A DNA stretch of 64,000 nucleotides. Source: Naegleria gruberi (Eukaryota). Both the position numbers and the translations under genes were made by a program. Positions 32,721-42,590 of the stretch are shown here, in pieces. The notes beneath the pieces were generated by a model. That model saw only the letters and a program-made list of their open reading frames with translations. It made no database searches and was not told the origin of the DNA. How positions within the stretch are numbered: the first letter of the stretch is position 1; each line of letters starts with the position of its first letter. The stretch is from assembly GCA_000004985.1 (NCBI GenBank), contig GG738877.1; one strand, given 5' to 3'.

Positions 32721-33758
32721 TTAGAAATACTTATGCCGAGTTAGAATTTTTACTTCTCTCAGTCGTGGTAAACTCTTTAAACAATCAATATCTTCAATAT
32801 TCAGTGAATTTTCACTTAAATCCAATAACTCTAAGTTAACTAATTTGGTCAGATAGTGAACTGCATCATCACTAATATGCATATAACTATTTACCAAATT
32901 CAATATTCTCAAATTCTGCATTTCAGAAATTACCTTCACGCCTTCATTGTCAATTAAATTTCCACTCAGCTCTAATTCAATCAATTTGTTCAAGTTTGTT
33001 AAATTTGAAACAGATCCAATCAAACAACAAGATGCATGCAAATGCGTCAAGTTAGACAATTTGCAAATATTACTGAATCCATCATCATGAATATGATTTC
33101 GACTAATATTCAGTTTCGTTAGAGTTTCAATTCGAGAAAGAGATTCACAACCATTCTCACCAATGTCATTATTCTCAACTAGCAAAATTTTCAAATTCTT
33201 CAATTCGGAGAGGTAGACACAAGCATCATCTTGTAAATCATTATTGGAAAGATTCAATTCCATTATTGATTGACAGTTTCGAATATTTTCACATCCAGAT
33301 CTTCCAACAAAATTACCATTCAAATTCAAATAGGTCAATTGAGTGAAATTTCCAATCCAAAGTGCATTTTCAAAGTCAGATTGAGTAATAGATAGCATTT
33401 CTAAATTAGTGAACTTGGAAATGTGCTCAAAACATTCTTTCAGGCAAAAAAACAAATTCAAACTCTTCAATCTTTGAAAATCTGTACAATATTTTACAAA
33501 AATTCCCAAAGATGAATTATCAGTCGAGCTAAATCCAACAATATTCAATAATCGTTGACTCTGACAATATTTTGCAAAACTTTGACAGTTCTTTTTCACA
33601 TCAATAATTAATTTACAATCGGCTGAAATTTGCAACCAATTTTTGCAAACGAGTGAACATTTGGTGATTATAAAATTACATTCCAAATATTTAGCAAATA
33701 TTTCATCACGTAATAATTCAACGGGTAGCTGTAAAATAGTACCGCACCTATCAGACAT
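32721..33758 (-). CDS. F-box/LRR-repeat protein (RNI-like leucine-rich repeats)
   Basis: N-terminal F-box-like LQLPVELLRDEIFAKYLECNFIITKCSLVCKNWLQI. It is followed by more than 8 LRRs (LNLSNNDLQDD..., LDLSENSLNIEDI...). Confidence 0.7.
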   Translation of the reverse strand: MSDRCGTILQLPVELLRDEIFAKYLECNFIITKCSLVCKNWLQISADCKLIIDVKKNCQSFAKYCQSQRLLNIVGFSSTDNSSLGIFVKYCTDFQRLKSLNLFFCLKECFEHISKFTNLEMLSITQSDFENALWIGNFTQLTYLNLNGNFVGRSGCENIRNCQSIMELNLSNNDLQDDACVYLSELKNLKILLVENNDIGENGCESLSRIETLTKLNISRNHIHDDGFSNICKLSNLTHLHASCCLIGSVSNLTNLNKLIELELSGNLIDNEGVKVISEMQNLRILNLVNSYMHISDDAVHYLTKLVNLELLDLSENSLNIEDIDCLKSLPRLREVKILTRHKYF

Positions 33759-34091
33759 TTTTTTCGGAATAATATTGAAAGTAAAACCTCTAGATTTGGT
33801 TAAATTGCCTTAGTTTAATTTTCGAATTTAAATCAATGAATAGTGAAACAGGAAAATGTGTGATCCATTTTATTCAATTCCTGCTTCAAACAGCTCTGTA
33901 TGTTAAGGAACTAGTCATGCATTTCTTTTATTGGAAAAAAATGAAGTCAAAACTGTGGAATCTTTCTCCATCAATATGATAGATAAAAGAGAGATATTTT
34001 AGAAAAAGATGCCCTTACATGTCTAGTTTATGCTGTTAAATAATAAAAGTTTAACTATACGTGGTTTAAGCAAAAATGTATTTCTATCAGA

Positions 34092-34162
34092 TGCGTCGAC
34101 CGGGAATTGAACCCGGGTCACGGCGATGGCAACGCCGTATTCTACCACTAAACCATCGACGC
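34092..34162 (-). tRNA. tRNA-Gly (anticodon GCC)
   Basis: The reverse complement GCGTCGATGGTTTAGTGGTAGAATACGGCGTTGCCATCGCCGTGACCCGGGTTCAATTCCCGGTCGACGCA folds as a cloverleaf. The anticodon loop is TTGCCAT and the T-loop is GGTTCAATTCC. Confidence 0.9.
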
Positions 34163-34360
34163 TTCTGGTTTAACAGAATGTAACCTTAATTCGTAACTAA
34201 AATAACAGAAAATTGTAAGAATAATGGTGAAAGATATTGATCCACATAGAGAATCATGAAAGAAGATTTGATGGAGCAAAACTGTAATTTTTAAAAAAGC
34301 AGATGTTAAATATTGGAGTTTGTTCTAATTCCATCCATTTTGTGTTAATACAATAAAAAA

Positions 34361-35260
34361 ATGGCAGCACAACAACAATTTTCTTATGGAGTGTGGTCCC
34401 TGATATTTTCCATGTTGGAACCTTTTGATAAGAGATCTAATGAAGAGAATTTAATAATGGAAAATATTAAGAGTTGGACTTGTTGTAGGAGCCGATCAAG
34501 ATCAATTCATGATGGTTTGAAATATGGAATAACAAGATTGGATTTGTCGGGATGTGTTTCTTTGCCGAGGAAAAAGATGGTTGCTCGTGCAATTAATCAA
34601 ATTGTGAATGCTAATTCCGTTACTAGTAATGGAGTAATGATAAAGACTTATGAGAGATGCTCATGGAATGATGAAGCCTTGATCAATAGTAGTGATTTGC
34701 TTAGGATGGAATTAGAGAGACAGGACAAGATTTGTGAATTATTGGTAAAATATTTAATTGAAAACTTTGCTTGTTTGACAGAATTGAACTTGAATGGTTT
34801 GCATCGATTAAGACAAGATCAATTGGAGAGTATTAGTTTTAATGAACTAAAAAGTCTATCAATTAGCCATTGTAGAAATGTGAAACAATTAAATCTAGAC
34901 AAATTTGGAAAATTGGAAAGGATTTCAATTCATGTATCACAAATTGAGTTGAGAATTAACTTGTTGGAGCAGATTGCAAACAAAGAGAATGAAAACTCTG
35001 AGAGAATTCCAGAGCTTGTTGTTGATGATGAAGGAGGATATGAGGTGATTATTAGAAATTGGTTGAGTCAAGCAACAATTCCCATCCATATATATATTGA
35101 TTATTCTTACAGGACAATTGATTTGGAACGAGTGTGCGAACGTTCAAGGGATGTTAGTATGATTAAACTTATATTCGCAGGAAAGGCATTGGAAAACGAA
35201 AGGTACTTGGTGGATTACAGCATTACCAAGGGCACAACCTTGCATTATGTTAAACCTTGA
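34361..35260 (+). CDS. Leucine-rich-repeat protein with a C-terminal ubiquitin-like domain (possible F-box-like N-terminus)
   Basis: LRR segments (LTELNLNGLHRLRQDQLESISFNELKSLSISHCRNVKQLNLDKFGKLERISIH). The C-terminal UBL IKLIFAGKALENERYLVDYSITKGTTLHYV resembles ubiquitin [29 protein letters not shown]. Confidence 0.55.
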   Translation: MAAQQQFSYGVWSLIFSMLEPFDKRSNEENLIMENIKSWTCCRSRSRSIHDGLKYGITRLDLSGCVSLPRKKMVARAINQIVNANSVTSNGVMIKTYERCSWNDEALINSSDLLRMELERQDKICELLVKYLIENFACLTELNLNGLHRLRQDQLESISFNELKSLSISHCRNVKQLNLDKFGKLERISIHVSQIELRINLLEQIANKENENSERIPELVVDDEGGYEVIIRNWLSQATIPIHIYIDYSYRTIDLERVCERSRDVSMIKLIFAGKALENERYLVDYSITKGTTLHYVKP

Positions 35261-35456
35261 ATACTTTAAATATCTTTAAAAGAATTCCAAATTAAATTTG
35301 AAATATTAAAATTATTATTAAATTCATCAAATAAAGATTTCCAAATTGAACCTTCCACACTTGATTTTATCATGACTTTTCACAGATAATATTATTAGTA
35401 TTACTAATTATAATTTAATATCATTTCTTCATTGTTATTTAATTGATTCATTCATT

Positions 35457-35672
35457 CTAATTTTCATTTGAATCTTCTACTTCTTCAGCACCTTCGGAAT
35501 TATCATCATCAAATTCCTCTTCAGAATCATCATATTCCGAAGTTAAATATTTTTCTTCCCACTTTTTGAAAAGTTCTTGATTGGTGGCTAGCAATTCCAA
35601 CATTTCTTCAATAGAGAGTGCTGGTTGGCTCATCACATATTCCTCCGTGAGTGGTTGTTTGGAATTTTGCAT
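35457..35672 (-). CDS. Small acidic hypothetical protein (71 aa). It may be an exon of a larger gene
   Basis: ORF only, with an E/D-rich tail. Confidence 0.25.
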   Translation of the reverse strand: MQNSKQPLTEEYVMSQPALSIEEMLELLATNQELFKKWEEKYLTSEYDDSEEEFDDDNSEGAEEVEDSNEN

Positions 35673-35888
35673 TTTTTTTTGAATTTTAAAGTTTCAATTA
35701 ATTGTTGAAGAATTTCTAATGCGGAATCTCAATAAGAAAGTTCTTCTTTAGAAACTATTTATTGTATTAATGTGTCATCATGAGTAAGATTTCGATAACT
35801 TAACATTGTAACAGTGAACTTTCTAAAAATAAAGGTCAAAAAAAATACTCAACTTAATTGTATTTGCAGAGATTGAACAGTTTACAAA

Positions 35889-36350
35889 ATGATGCAAATT
35901 TTTATTAAAACTCTCACAGGCAAGACAATTACTTTGCAAGTAGAGTCAATCAACCAAACAATAGAAAATATCAAATCCAAAGTTCAAGACAAGGAAGGAA
36001 TTTTAACAGATTACAAACTCTTCTTTGCAGGTCAACCAGTACATGATGGAATGCTAACAGATTACAATATTCAGAATGATTCAACTCTGCATTTAGTGTC
36101 AGGATTGAGAGGTGGTGTTCAAATACTTGTCAAGACATTGACTGGTAAAATTCTCACTTTGGAGGTTGAATCGAATGACACTATTGGAAATGTTAAATTA
36201 AAGATTCAAGATAAGGAAAATATTCCACCAGATCAACAACGAATTATATTTGCTGGTAAGGAATTGCAGGATGGAATCACCTTGTTGGATTCTAATGTTA
36301 TTCAAAAAGATTCCAATCTTCATTTGATTGTTAAGGCTAAAGGTGGCTAA
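35889..36350 (+). CDS. Tandem di-ubiquitin-like protein: two divergent ubiquitin folds (each ~76 aa). The first ends LRGG and the second ends KGG immediately before the stop
   Basis: Unit 1 is [48 protein letters not shown]...[12 protein letters not shown]. Unit 2 is [77 protein letters not shown]. Confidence 0.8.
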   Translation: MMQIFIKTLTGKTITLQVESINQTIENIKSKVQDKEGILTDYKLFFAGQPVHDGMLTDYNIQNDSTLHLVSGLRGGVQILVKTLTGKILTLEVESNDTIGNVKLKIQDKENIPPDQQRIIFAGKELQDGITLLDSNVIQKDSNLHLIVKAKGG

Positions 36351-36465
36351 CAGTGTTCTAATTAAATTAATCATTGAATGAAAATGCAATTTATATCCAT
36401 GTTGCTGAAACTGGCTTTTTTTCGGTATAGTTTTTATTTAAATATCAGAAATTAAGGATTTCAAC

Positions 36466-36585
36466 GGCTACGGCCATATCACGATGAATGCACCTCATCC
36501 CGTCCGATTTGAGAAGTTAAGCATCGTAGAGCCACATCAGTACTGAGGTTGGAGACAACTTGGGAACCTGTGGTGCTGTAGTCTT
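36466..36585 (+). rRNA. 5S ribosomal RNA gene (copy 1)
   Basis: GGCTACGGCCATATCACG...CCCGTCCGATTTGAGAAGTTAAGC...GTACTGAGGTTGGAGAC...CTTGGGAA...GTGCTGTAGTC followed by TTTT. The 5'/3' ends pair to form helix I. Confidence 0.9.
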
Positions 36586-36699
36586 TTATTTCTTTTTATA
36601 TTTTTGCAGATTTTACACTTGTTTGATATCAACAATATTGGAAGCTTGTTTTTATTGGTTTTTCAATATTGATTCATTAAGTACTGCCATTTTACAAAA

Positions 36700-37232
36700 T
36701 TAGAAAGCATTAATCAACTTTTTAGCTTCAGAATCAGCAGATGGACTTTGTCTTTCATTAGCAACCTTCATAATAAGAGTCAAATTGCAATCCAAAGTGA
36801 CAACCAAATCAGTACCATTAACCTTGTAAGAATATCCAAGGAAACCAGAAGATTCCTTACTATCAGCATTGTGGACAACTCTGAAAATCAATTTTTCCAA
36901 TCCCATGAAAGCGTCCTTACAATCAGGATCCTTGATGAAAACCTTGGCAATTTCACTCATCTCAATCTTGGACTTTCAGTTAAGAATTTGATGCAATTAT
37001 TCAACAAGGTATCTTCAGCAAATCTATCACCATACTTGTATTTGGTTTCAGTTGGCAATGCAGCAAGAGAAGCCCAATCCAACAAGATGATCATCTTTGA
37101 ATTGACTTGTTGAAGATTCTTAGTAGCAGGAACAATACGATTGTTGAATAATTCACGAACCACCTTCTTGAATGCCAAACCACTTCCACACATGTTTTCA
37201 TTGAATAATTCTTCGTGAGTTTGTTGAGTCAT
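36700..37232 (-). CDS. Hypothetical small protein encoded by two abutting ORFs (36957..37232 and 36700..36960) offset by -1. Function unknown
   Basis: Both ORFs have coding-like composition. The junction is AGATGAGTG (stop overlapping ATG). The short A3 run upstream could hide a 1-nt deletion. Confidence 0.35.
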
Positions 37233-38695
37233 TTTGATATAAAGCTTGTTGAGGAGTTTTCAGATACAATTCAATATTGAATATTGTTTTTTTGTTTTGT
37301 CTTTATCATAAAGAATGGTCAATTTGAATTTATAGTAATTTTTACTGAGTAAGATTACAATATTTACAATGGAGTTTAATAGAGTTCAATGGTTTTCTGA
37401 GAATTGAATTGGTTTAACATTTGTGGAACAACCTTATTGAGAAGTCAGTAAGAGGAATGGTAACACCTCAGTATCATCTAACTATCGAATAGAACTCAAC
37501 AACAACAATTGGATATGGAAAAGGGAGGATATTAGTTTCCAATGTTCTCATTTAACCCTCTTGATCGTGTTGCTTAAAATAATTAGTTGGAAACTCATTG
37601 TAACTTTTGGAACTACAAAAACGAAAAAAACAACATGGACATGTTAACATGCTTTCATGCAACATGCAAGAATGCAAGTTGTGCTATCAAAGCTAATAGG
37701 AACCCAAAATATTCATTTCAAATAGGATTTTATTTCATTATAGAACAAATTACAACTATTGCTTATATGAGGATGAACAACTTGCACATTATTACAAAAC
37801 CTGAATACAGTGTTACGGAGGAATGTTATCGAAAGGGAACGATTCTGTTGAATATGACAATTTATTTGATTCGGAGGTATTCCATTAGATCAACAGAATT
37901 AAATATATTTACAGTGAATGTCTAGGTTGTACAAAATTTGGAGTTGATTGATTTATCTAAAAGATTACCATTATTTGATATTGATACATCTAATATTATA
38001 AATGGAACTAGACATTGATTATCATCTTGCAAATTTAAATGGTAAAGAAATTTCAGTGAAAAGATCTTCGAAAAATTCAATTGAAAAGAGCTAAACAACA
38101 ATCAGCCACCACTAAGAAGATTACCAAATCGAAAAAGATGTAAATTAACTTGTAACTAATTACGTAGTAAATTGTAAATGTTTTGAAATAGATGAAGTTT
38201 CAATTTAGAATTGATCAGAATATGAGAAACCAAAATTTGCATCAAACAATTCAACATGGCAAAAGTTCAATAAATACTAGGTTGATCAACCATATCTATT
38301 TCTTCAAACAAAACCTGAACCAACAAGATTCTGTCTTCGTTGCCTTCACTGTTCATACAGTCAAAGACTGTAGCGGGACAGTCGCCATATTCCTGGCAGG
38401 CTTCCTGTCGTATCTAATTAATTGAATTTCTATTGACATTGCTTCCAAGTAGCGATCTAGTAGAATTCGACTCTACATTACACAACTTAAAGGCAGTTAT
38501 AAATATGGTTACTAAAGTTCAAAGTGTTAGATCATTAAGTAATCATCTTGGATGGTTGGAAATAATGCCCCAAGTGTTAAAGTTATTGATAACAATAAGG
38601 ATGAACAAAATGGTTCTTTCATCCACCCTCGCTTCTATGTTCGAGAAAGCTCACTCATCTTAATAGATTAAATATCGTAAATTAAGGTGATGAAT

Positions 38696-38815
38696 GGCTA
38701 CGGCCATATCACGATGAATGCACCTCATCCCGTCCGATTTGAGAAGTTAAGCATCGTCGAGCCACATCAGTACTGAGGTTGGAGACAACTTGGGAACCTG
38801 TGGTGCTGTAGTCTT
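38696..38815 (+). rRNA. 5S ribosomal RNA gene (copy 2)
   Basis: Identical to copy 1 except for one position (A/C). It shares the upstream AAATTAAGG motif and the downstream T-run. Confidence 0.9.
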
Positions 38816-38963
38816 TTTATTTAGCTTTTTATAAGGATAATTCATTTGCTACCTGTTCAATTTTTGATCTTTTCAAACTTTTATTCAAGTACCACAACAC
38901 CATGCATCCAAGGTAATACAGAATCGCTCCACATATACAACCTCTTATCCAATTCTCTCGAAA

Positions 38964-39160
38964 ACATCTTTCTCGGCCAATTGGCTTTGATCGAGTGTAG
39001 TATCTGTTCTTTTCAGTTTAATAGCTGAAAGCAGCCCACGGGTTGCAATTACTATTAACTCAATTTTTTGTAGGGTCCAGAGTTGTGCTTGATTGCACAC
39101 TTTGGTTGGTTTCAATCAGACATTGCACTGTCCGTCAGAATTGGAGCTATCCCACTCTAT
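38964..39160 (+). ncRNA. U2 spliceosomal snRNA
   Basis: ATCTTTCTCGGCCAATTGGCTTTGATCGAGTGTAGTATCTGTTCTTTTCAGTTTAATAGCTGAAAG matches the conserved U2 5' end. It contains the GUGUAGUA branch-point-binding sequence, stem IIa and the Sm site AATTTTTTG (~39063), followed by two 3' stem-loops. The 3' end is approximate. Confidence 0.75.
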
Positions 39161-39862
39161 TGAAAAGTGAAAAATTACAAGAGTATTTATTGACTTTACA
39201 TAGTAAGACGACCATTAGTTTAATTGGACGAAAACCGTTGTCTTGTTGGAAATATTGATGAGAGCAAAGACATGTTTTTTCTCTTCCAGGAGAGAGAAAA
39301 TATATAGAATTGATATCTGGTCAAGCCAGCAATTACTTTCTTTCCGTTGTTTGTTTCGAGTAAAAGGTTGAGATACAGTAGTACTTGTTGTTGTAAGAGC
39401 ACCTTGTTGTTGATGAGATGATAGGAATAATGAAACAGAAATGAACAAAGGTTGGAACCAAAGCCTTCCTAGGAAGGTATCGATAGCGTTGCCATTTTTT
39501 ATTAAATTTAAATTAAATTAAAAACCATTTTAAATATCTAACGGTTTGCTTCTTCCCTTCATCACAATAAGAAAATGACTTGAACACAAATGTTATATTA
39601 TTCACTTTTAATACCACTGTATAGTGATACCAAACACAATAGTCTTAACGGAGAGATGACATCAACACCTCGCTGCTGAATTTTTCGATCCACTCTTGAA
39701 AATTTCCTCTTATCCGTGGAAAATCCTCTTCCATCTTTCTCTGGAAACAACAACCTATCATCAATACTATTAAACTATTATTACGTTTGACAATTAACTA
39801 AAAAACAACACATCATAATAACATATAATTATTATTATTTTACATCTAAATCTAGGAACATT

Positions 39863-42544
39863 ATGCTGCTAACAAACTCTACATCAACAACAATGAATTC
39901 ATCATCAATAACAACTTCATCAATTAGAGCCAATGATAAGGATGGCTTACTTTCTCGTGTTCTGGTCTTTCAAACTTCCACAAACATGAGTGGAAAGAAC
40001 AAGTATTGGCAATTTTGCATCATTTCCCAACACGATCACGACGATGATAATTCTTCTTCATCTTCTGATGAATCAACATCAAGTAATACAACAACAGCAT
40101 CAACAGACACTAACAATAATTTATTCTCCTCCTCCACTACCACAACAGCAACTATATACTATCTTCAATCTAGGCACGGTATTACTACCAAAGACTCACA
40201 CTCTGGTAAAATTCATACAAGTGGAGGAGCTTGTTATCAGAAAGCCTTTTCAAGTGAATTACAAGCACAGAAGGAACTCTTGTTAAGAATTCACTCTAAA
40301 CTCACTGATGGTTATGTGTGGATTTCAAATAGAAAGAAGAGAAAGTTTCCAATAGAAGAATTAACTCAACAAGTGAATGATAAACTTCAAGAACAATACG
40401 ACAAGTTTAAGAATATGTTTTCCAATAAGAAGAAGAATTCAAATAGTTTACCTAGGGTGGCTTCTCCACAAAGATTTACTAACATGGTCATTAGAAGAAT
40501 GGGATTGAGTCCTAGTAGAAACATTCCTTCTCTCAAGACAAGAATTGATAAGAAAAAGAGAAAGCAAATGGATAAATCCTTCAATAGAGAACAATTACTC
40601 AAGTTGGCTGAATTGTCTTCTTCATCATCATCGGAAGAGGAAGAAGAAGATAAAAGACCAAGAACTGTTGCCAATAAGAGAAAAAGAAACAAACAACAAA
40701 AGAGAAAGTACAAATCTGCTTCATCTTCATCAGAAGAAAATCTTTTGTCTGAAGATGAAATTACTCCAAGAATTAGAACATCCAAACAAGTTAAAAAGAA
40801 GAGGAAACCAACAGTATCTAGTCCTGCTTCTAATAATTCTACAAGTGTTGCTCCAACTAGATTATCATTTGGTAATATGAATGAAAATGATTCAGATTCA
40901 GATTCTGAACATGGTGATAATGATGATGGTTTATCTGGATTTGAAAGAATTTCTACACCTGAAAGGTTTAGATCTTTTGATAGAGTTCACTCACCTGGAA
41001 TGGTTTCTGAAATGGACTCTGATTATGAGAATAGATCATTTAGTGCTTCTCCAATGATTAATAATCATCGTAATAACGATCAAGATGATGATAGTTTCTT
41101 GTTGGGTGGAGGTGGAGCTGATTTTATGGATTCATCACCATTTGATTATTCAAGTATTCCAACAGTTGAGTCATCTAGTACAATTTCCAAATTGGAAGAA
41201 AAGATTAAAAAGTTGAATGAGAATCTTTCAAAGGAAAGTGAAAGAGCTAACATGCTTTCTCTTGAGAAGAATTATTTAGAAAATCAATTGAAGGAACAAC
41301 AAGAATTAGCTTGTCAACAAAAACTCTCACATGACAAGTTGGTTGAAGAACTCTCACAACAATTACAACAAATTTCTAATGATCAATTAGAAGATACCAA
41401 GAAATTCCTTGCCAGAGAAGAGGAATTTAAAATAAGAGAGGAAGTATTGTATAATAGAGAACAACAAGTCTCATCTAGGGAATATTTATTGAACGAGATG
41501 GAAATCAAATTACAACAAGAACAAGAAAAGTTGACAAGACAATTAGAAGAATTGTCTTTCCAAAAAACTAATATCGAAACTATGGAAAAGGAATTGAATG
41601 AAAGAAGTCAACAAGTATTGCAATCTGAAAAGGATCTCCAAAATAGAATTGAGCAACACAACTTGACAAAAGACGAGGAAACCAACAAGTTGAATCAAAT
41701 GGAGCAAGATTTTTACGAAACCATGCAAAGATTAGAACAGGAAGTTCAAAATAAGTGGTCAGAATTTGAAACTTTGAGAAATAATTTTGAACTCGATATG
41801 GAAAGAAGAAATCAAGAAATTTCTCAACTTGATCTCGAATTGGAACAAAAGAGGGTAAGAGTAGAAGCTGATTTAGAAAGTGTCAAACAATCATTTGAAC
41901 AAGAAAAGAAACACCACCTCTATAATATTGAAACAAGACAATTACAATTGAATTCTCTCGATGAATCTATCAATGAAAAACTTGCTGATTTGGAACTGAG
42001 ACAAGCTTCTTTCACAACAGAAAAGGAGTCCTTCCAAGCTTTGATCAAACAACGTGAACAAGAATTGAATGAAAAGCAAGGTCAACAAGAACTTCAAGCT
42101 CAACATTTGAAATTTTTAAAGTACCAATTAGATACAAGAGAAAAATCATTTGAAGAAGCTTCTACACAGTTTAACGCAATCAGGTTAGAGACTGAAAATT
42201 CTCTCAAATTGAAATCAGACACTCTTCACAATCATTTACAAGAACTCTCAGAAAGAGAAAAGTCATTTGAAGTTTCTCTTGCCAAATTCGAAAAGGAAAA
42301 GTCACAATTCTATGAAATTATCAAGAAGAAAACAATCATGGAAAATCAATGTAAAATTTTGGCTCAACAATTGAATGAAAAACAAGTGGAATTCCAACAT
42401 GCTCTCTCTGAATGGATGGCATCAACCTCCTCTCAAGATGAATACTCAATCATGGCAACTGATGAGGAAACTTCTATAATTTCCTCTGCTCCAATTCCTT
42501 CCTATATGGCCAATGATGATACAGATAATAGCCAATATTTTTAA
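39863..42544 (+). CDS. WGR-like domain plus long coiled-coil protein, with a K/R/S-rich middle region
   Basis: The N-terminal KYWQFCIISQHD...IYYLQSRHGITTKDSHSGKIHTSGGACYQKAFSSELQAQKELLLRIHSKLTDGYVW fits the WGR pattern. The C-terminal ~450 aa are heptad-rich (EEKIKKLNENLSKESERANMLSLEKNYLENQLKEQQEL...). Confidence 0.55.
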   Translation: MLLTNSTSTTMNSSSITTSSIRANDKDGLLSRVLVFQTSTNMSGKNKYWQFCIISQHDHDDDNSSSSSDESTSSNTTTASTDTNNNLFSSSTTTTATIYYLQSRHGITTKDSHSGKIHTSGGACYQKAFSSELQAQKELLLRIHSKLTDGYVWISNRKKRKFPIEELTQQVNDKLQEQYDKFKNMFSNKKKNSNSLPRVASPQRFTNMVIRRMGLSPSRNIPSLKTRIDKKKRKQMDKSFNREQLLKLAELSSSSSSEEEEEDKRPRTVANKRKRNKQQKRKYKSASSSSEENLLSEDEITPRIRTSKQVKKKRKPTVSSPASNNSTSVAPTRLSFGNMNENDSDSDSEHGDNDDGLSGFERISTPERFRSFDRVHSPGMVSEMDSDYENRSFSASPMINNHRNNDQDDDSFLLGGGGADFMDSSPFDYSSIPTVESSSTISKLEEKIKKLNENLSKESERANMLSLEKNYLENQLKEQQELACQQKLSHDKLVEELSQQLQQISNDQLEDTKKFLAREEEFKIREEVLYNREQQVSSREYLLNEMEIKLQQEQEKLTRQLEELSFQKTNIETMEKELNERSQQVLQSEKDLQNRIEQHNLTKDEETNKLNQMEQDFYETMQRLEQEVQNKWSEFETLRNNFELDMERRNQEISQLDLELEQKRVRVEADLESVKQSFEQEKKHHLYNIETRQLQLNSLDESINEKLADLELRQASFTTEKESFQALIKQREQELNEKQGQQELQAQHLKFLKYQLDTREKSFEEASTQFNAIRLETENSLKLKSDTLHNHLQELSEREKSFEVSLAKFEKEKSQFYEIIKKKTIMENQCKILAQQLNEKQVEFQHALSEWMASTSSQDEYSIMATDEETSIISSAPIPSYMANDDTDNSQYF

Positions 42545-42590
42545 ATAAAATCATAAATTCACAAAGATCTGTATCCTTTTCTATTAAGGA

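Noticed and set aside
37587-38663. ORFs 37587..37925, 38192..38425 and 38433..38663
   Set aside because: They are short and stop-rich in neighbouring frames. They are not coding-like in composition and the last one runs into the 5S gene.
39400-39495. Candidate U6 snRNA or C/D-box snoRNA (TGATGA motif, ...GCGTTGCCATTTTTT end)
   Set aside because: The invariant U6 ACAGAGA and AGC elements are absent, and no D box (CTGA) sits in the right place. This is kept only as a weak note in findings.
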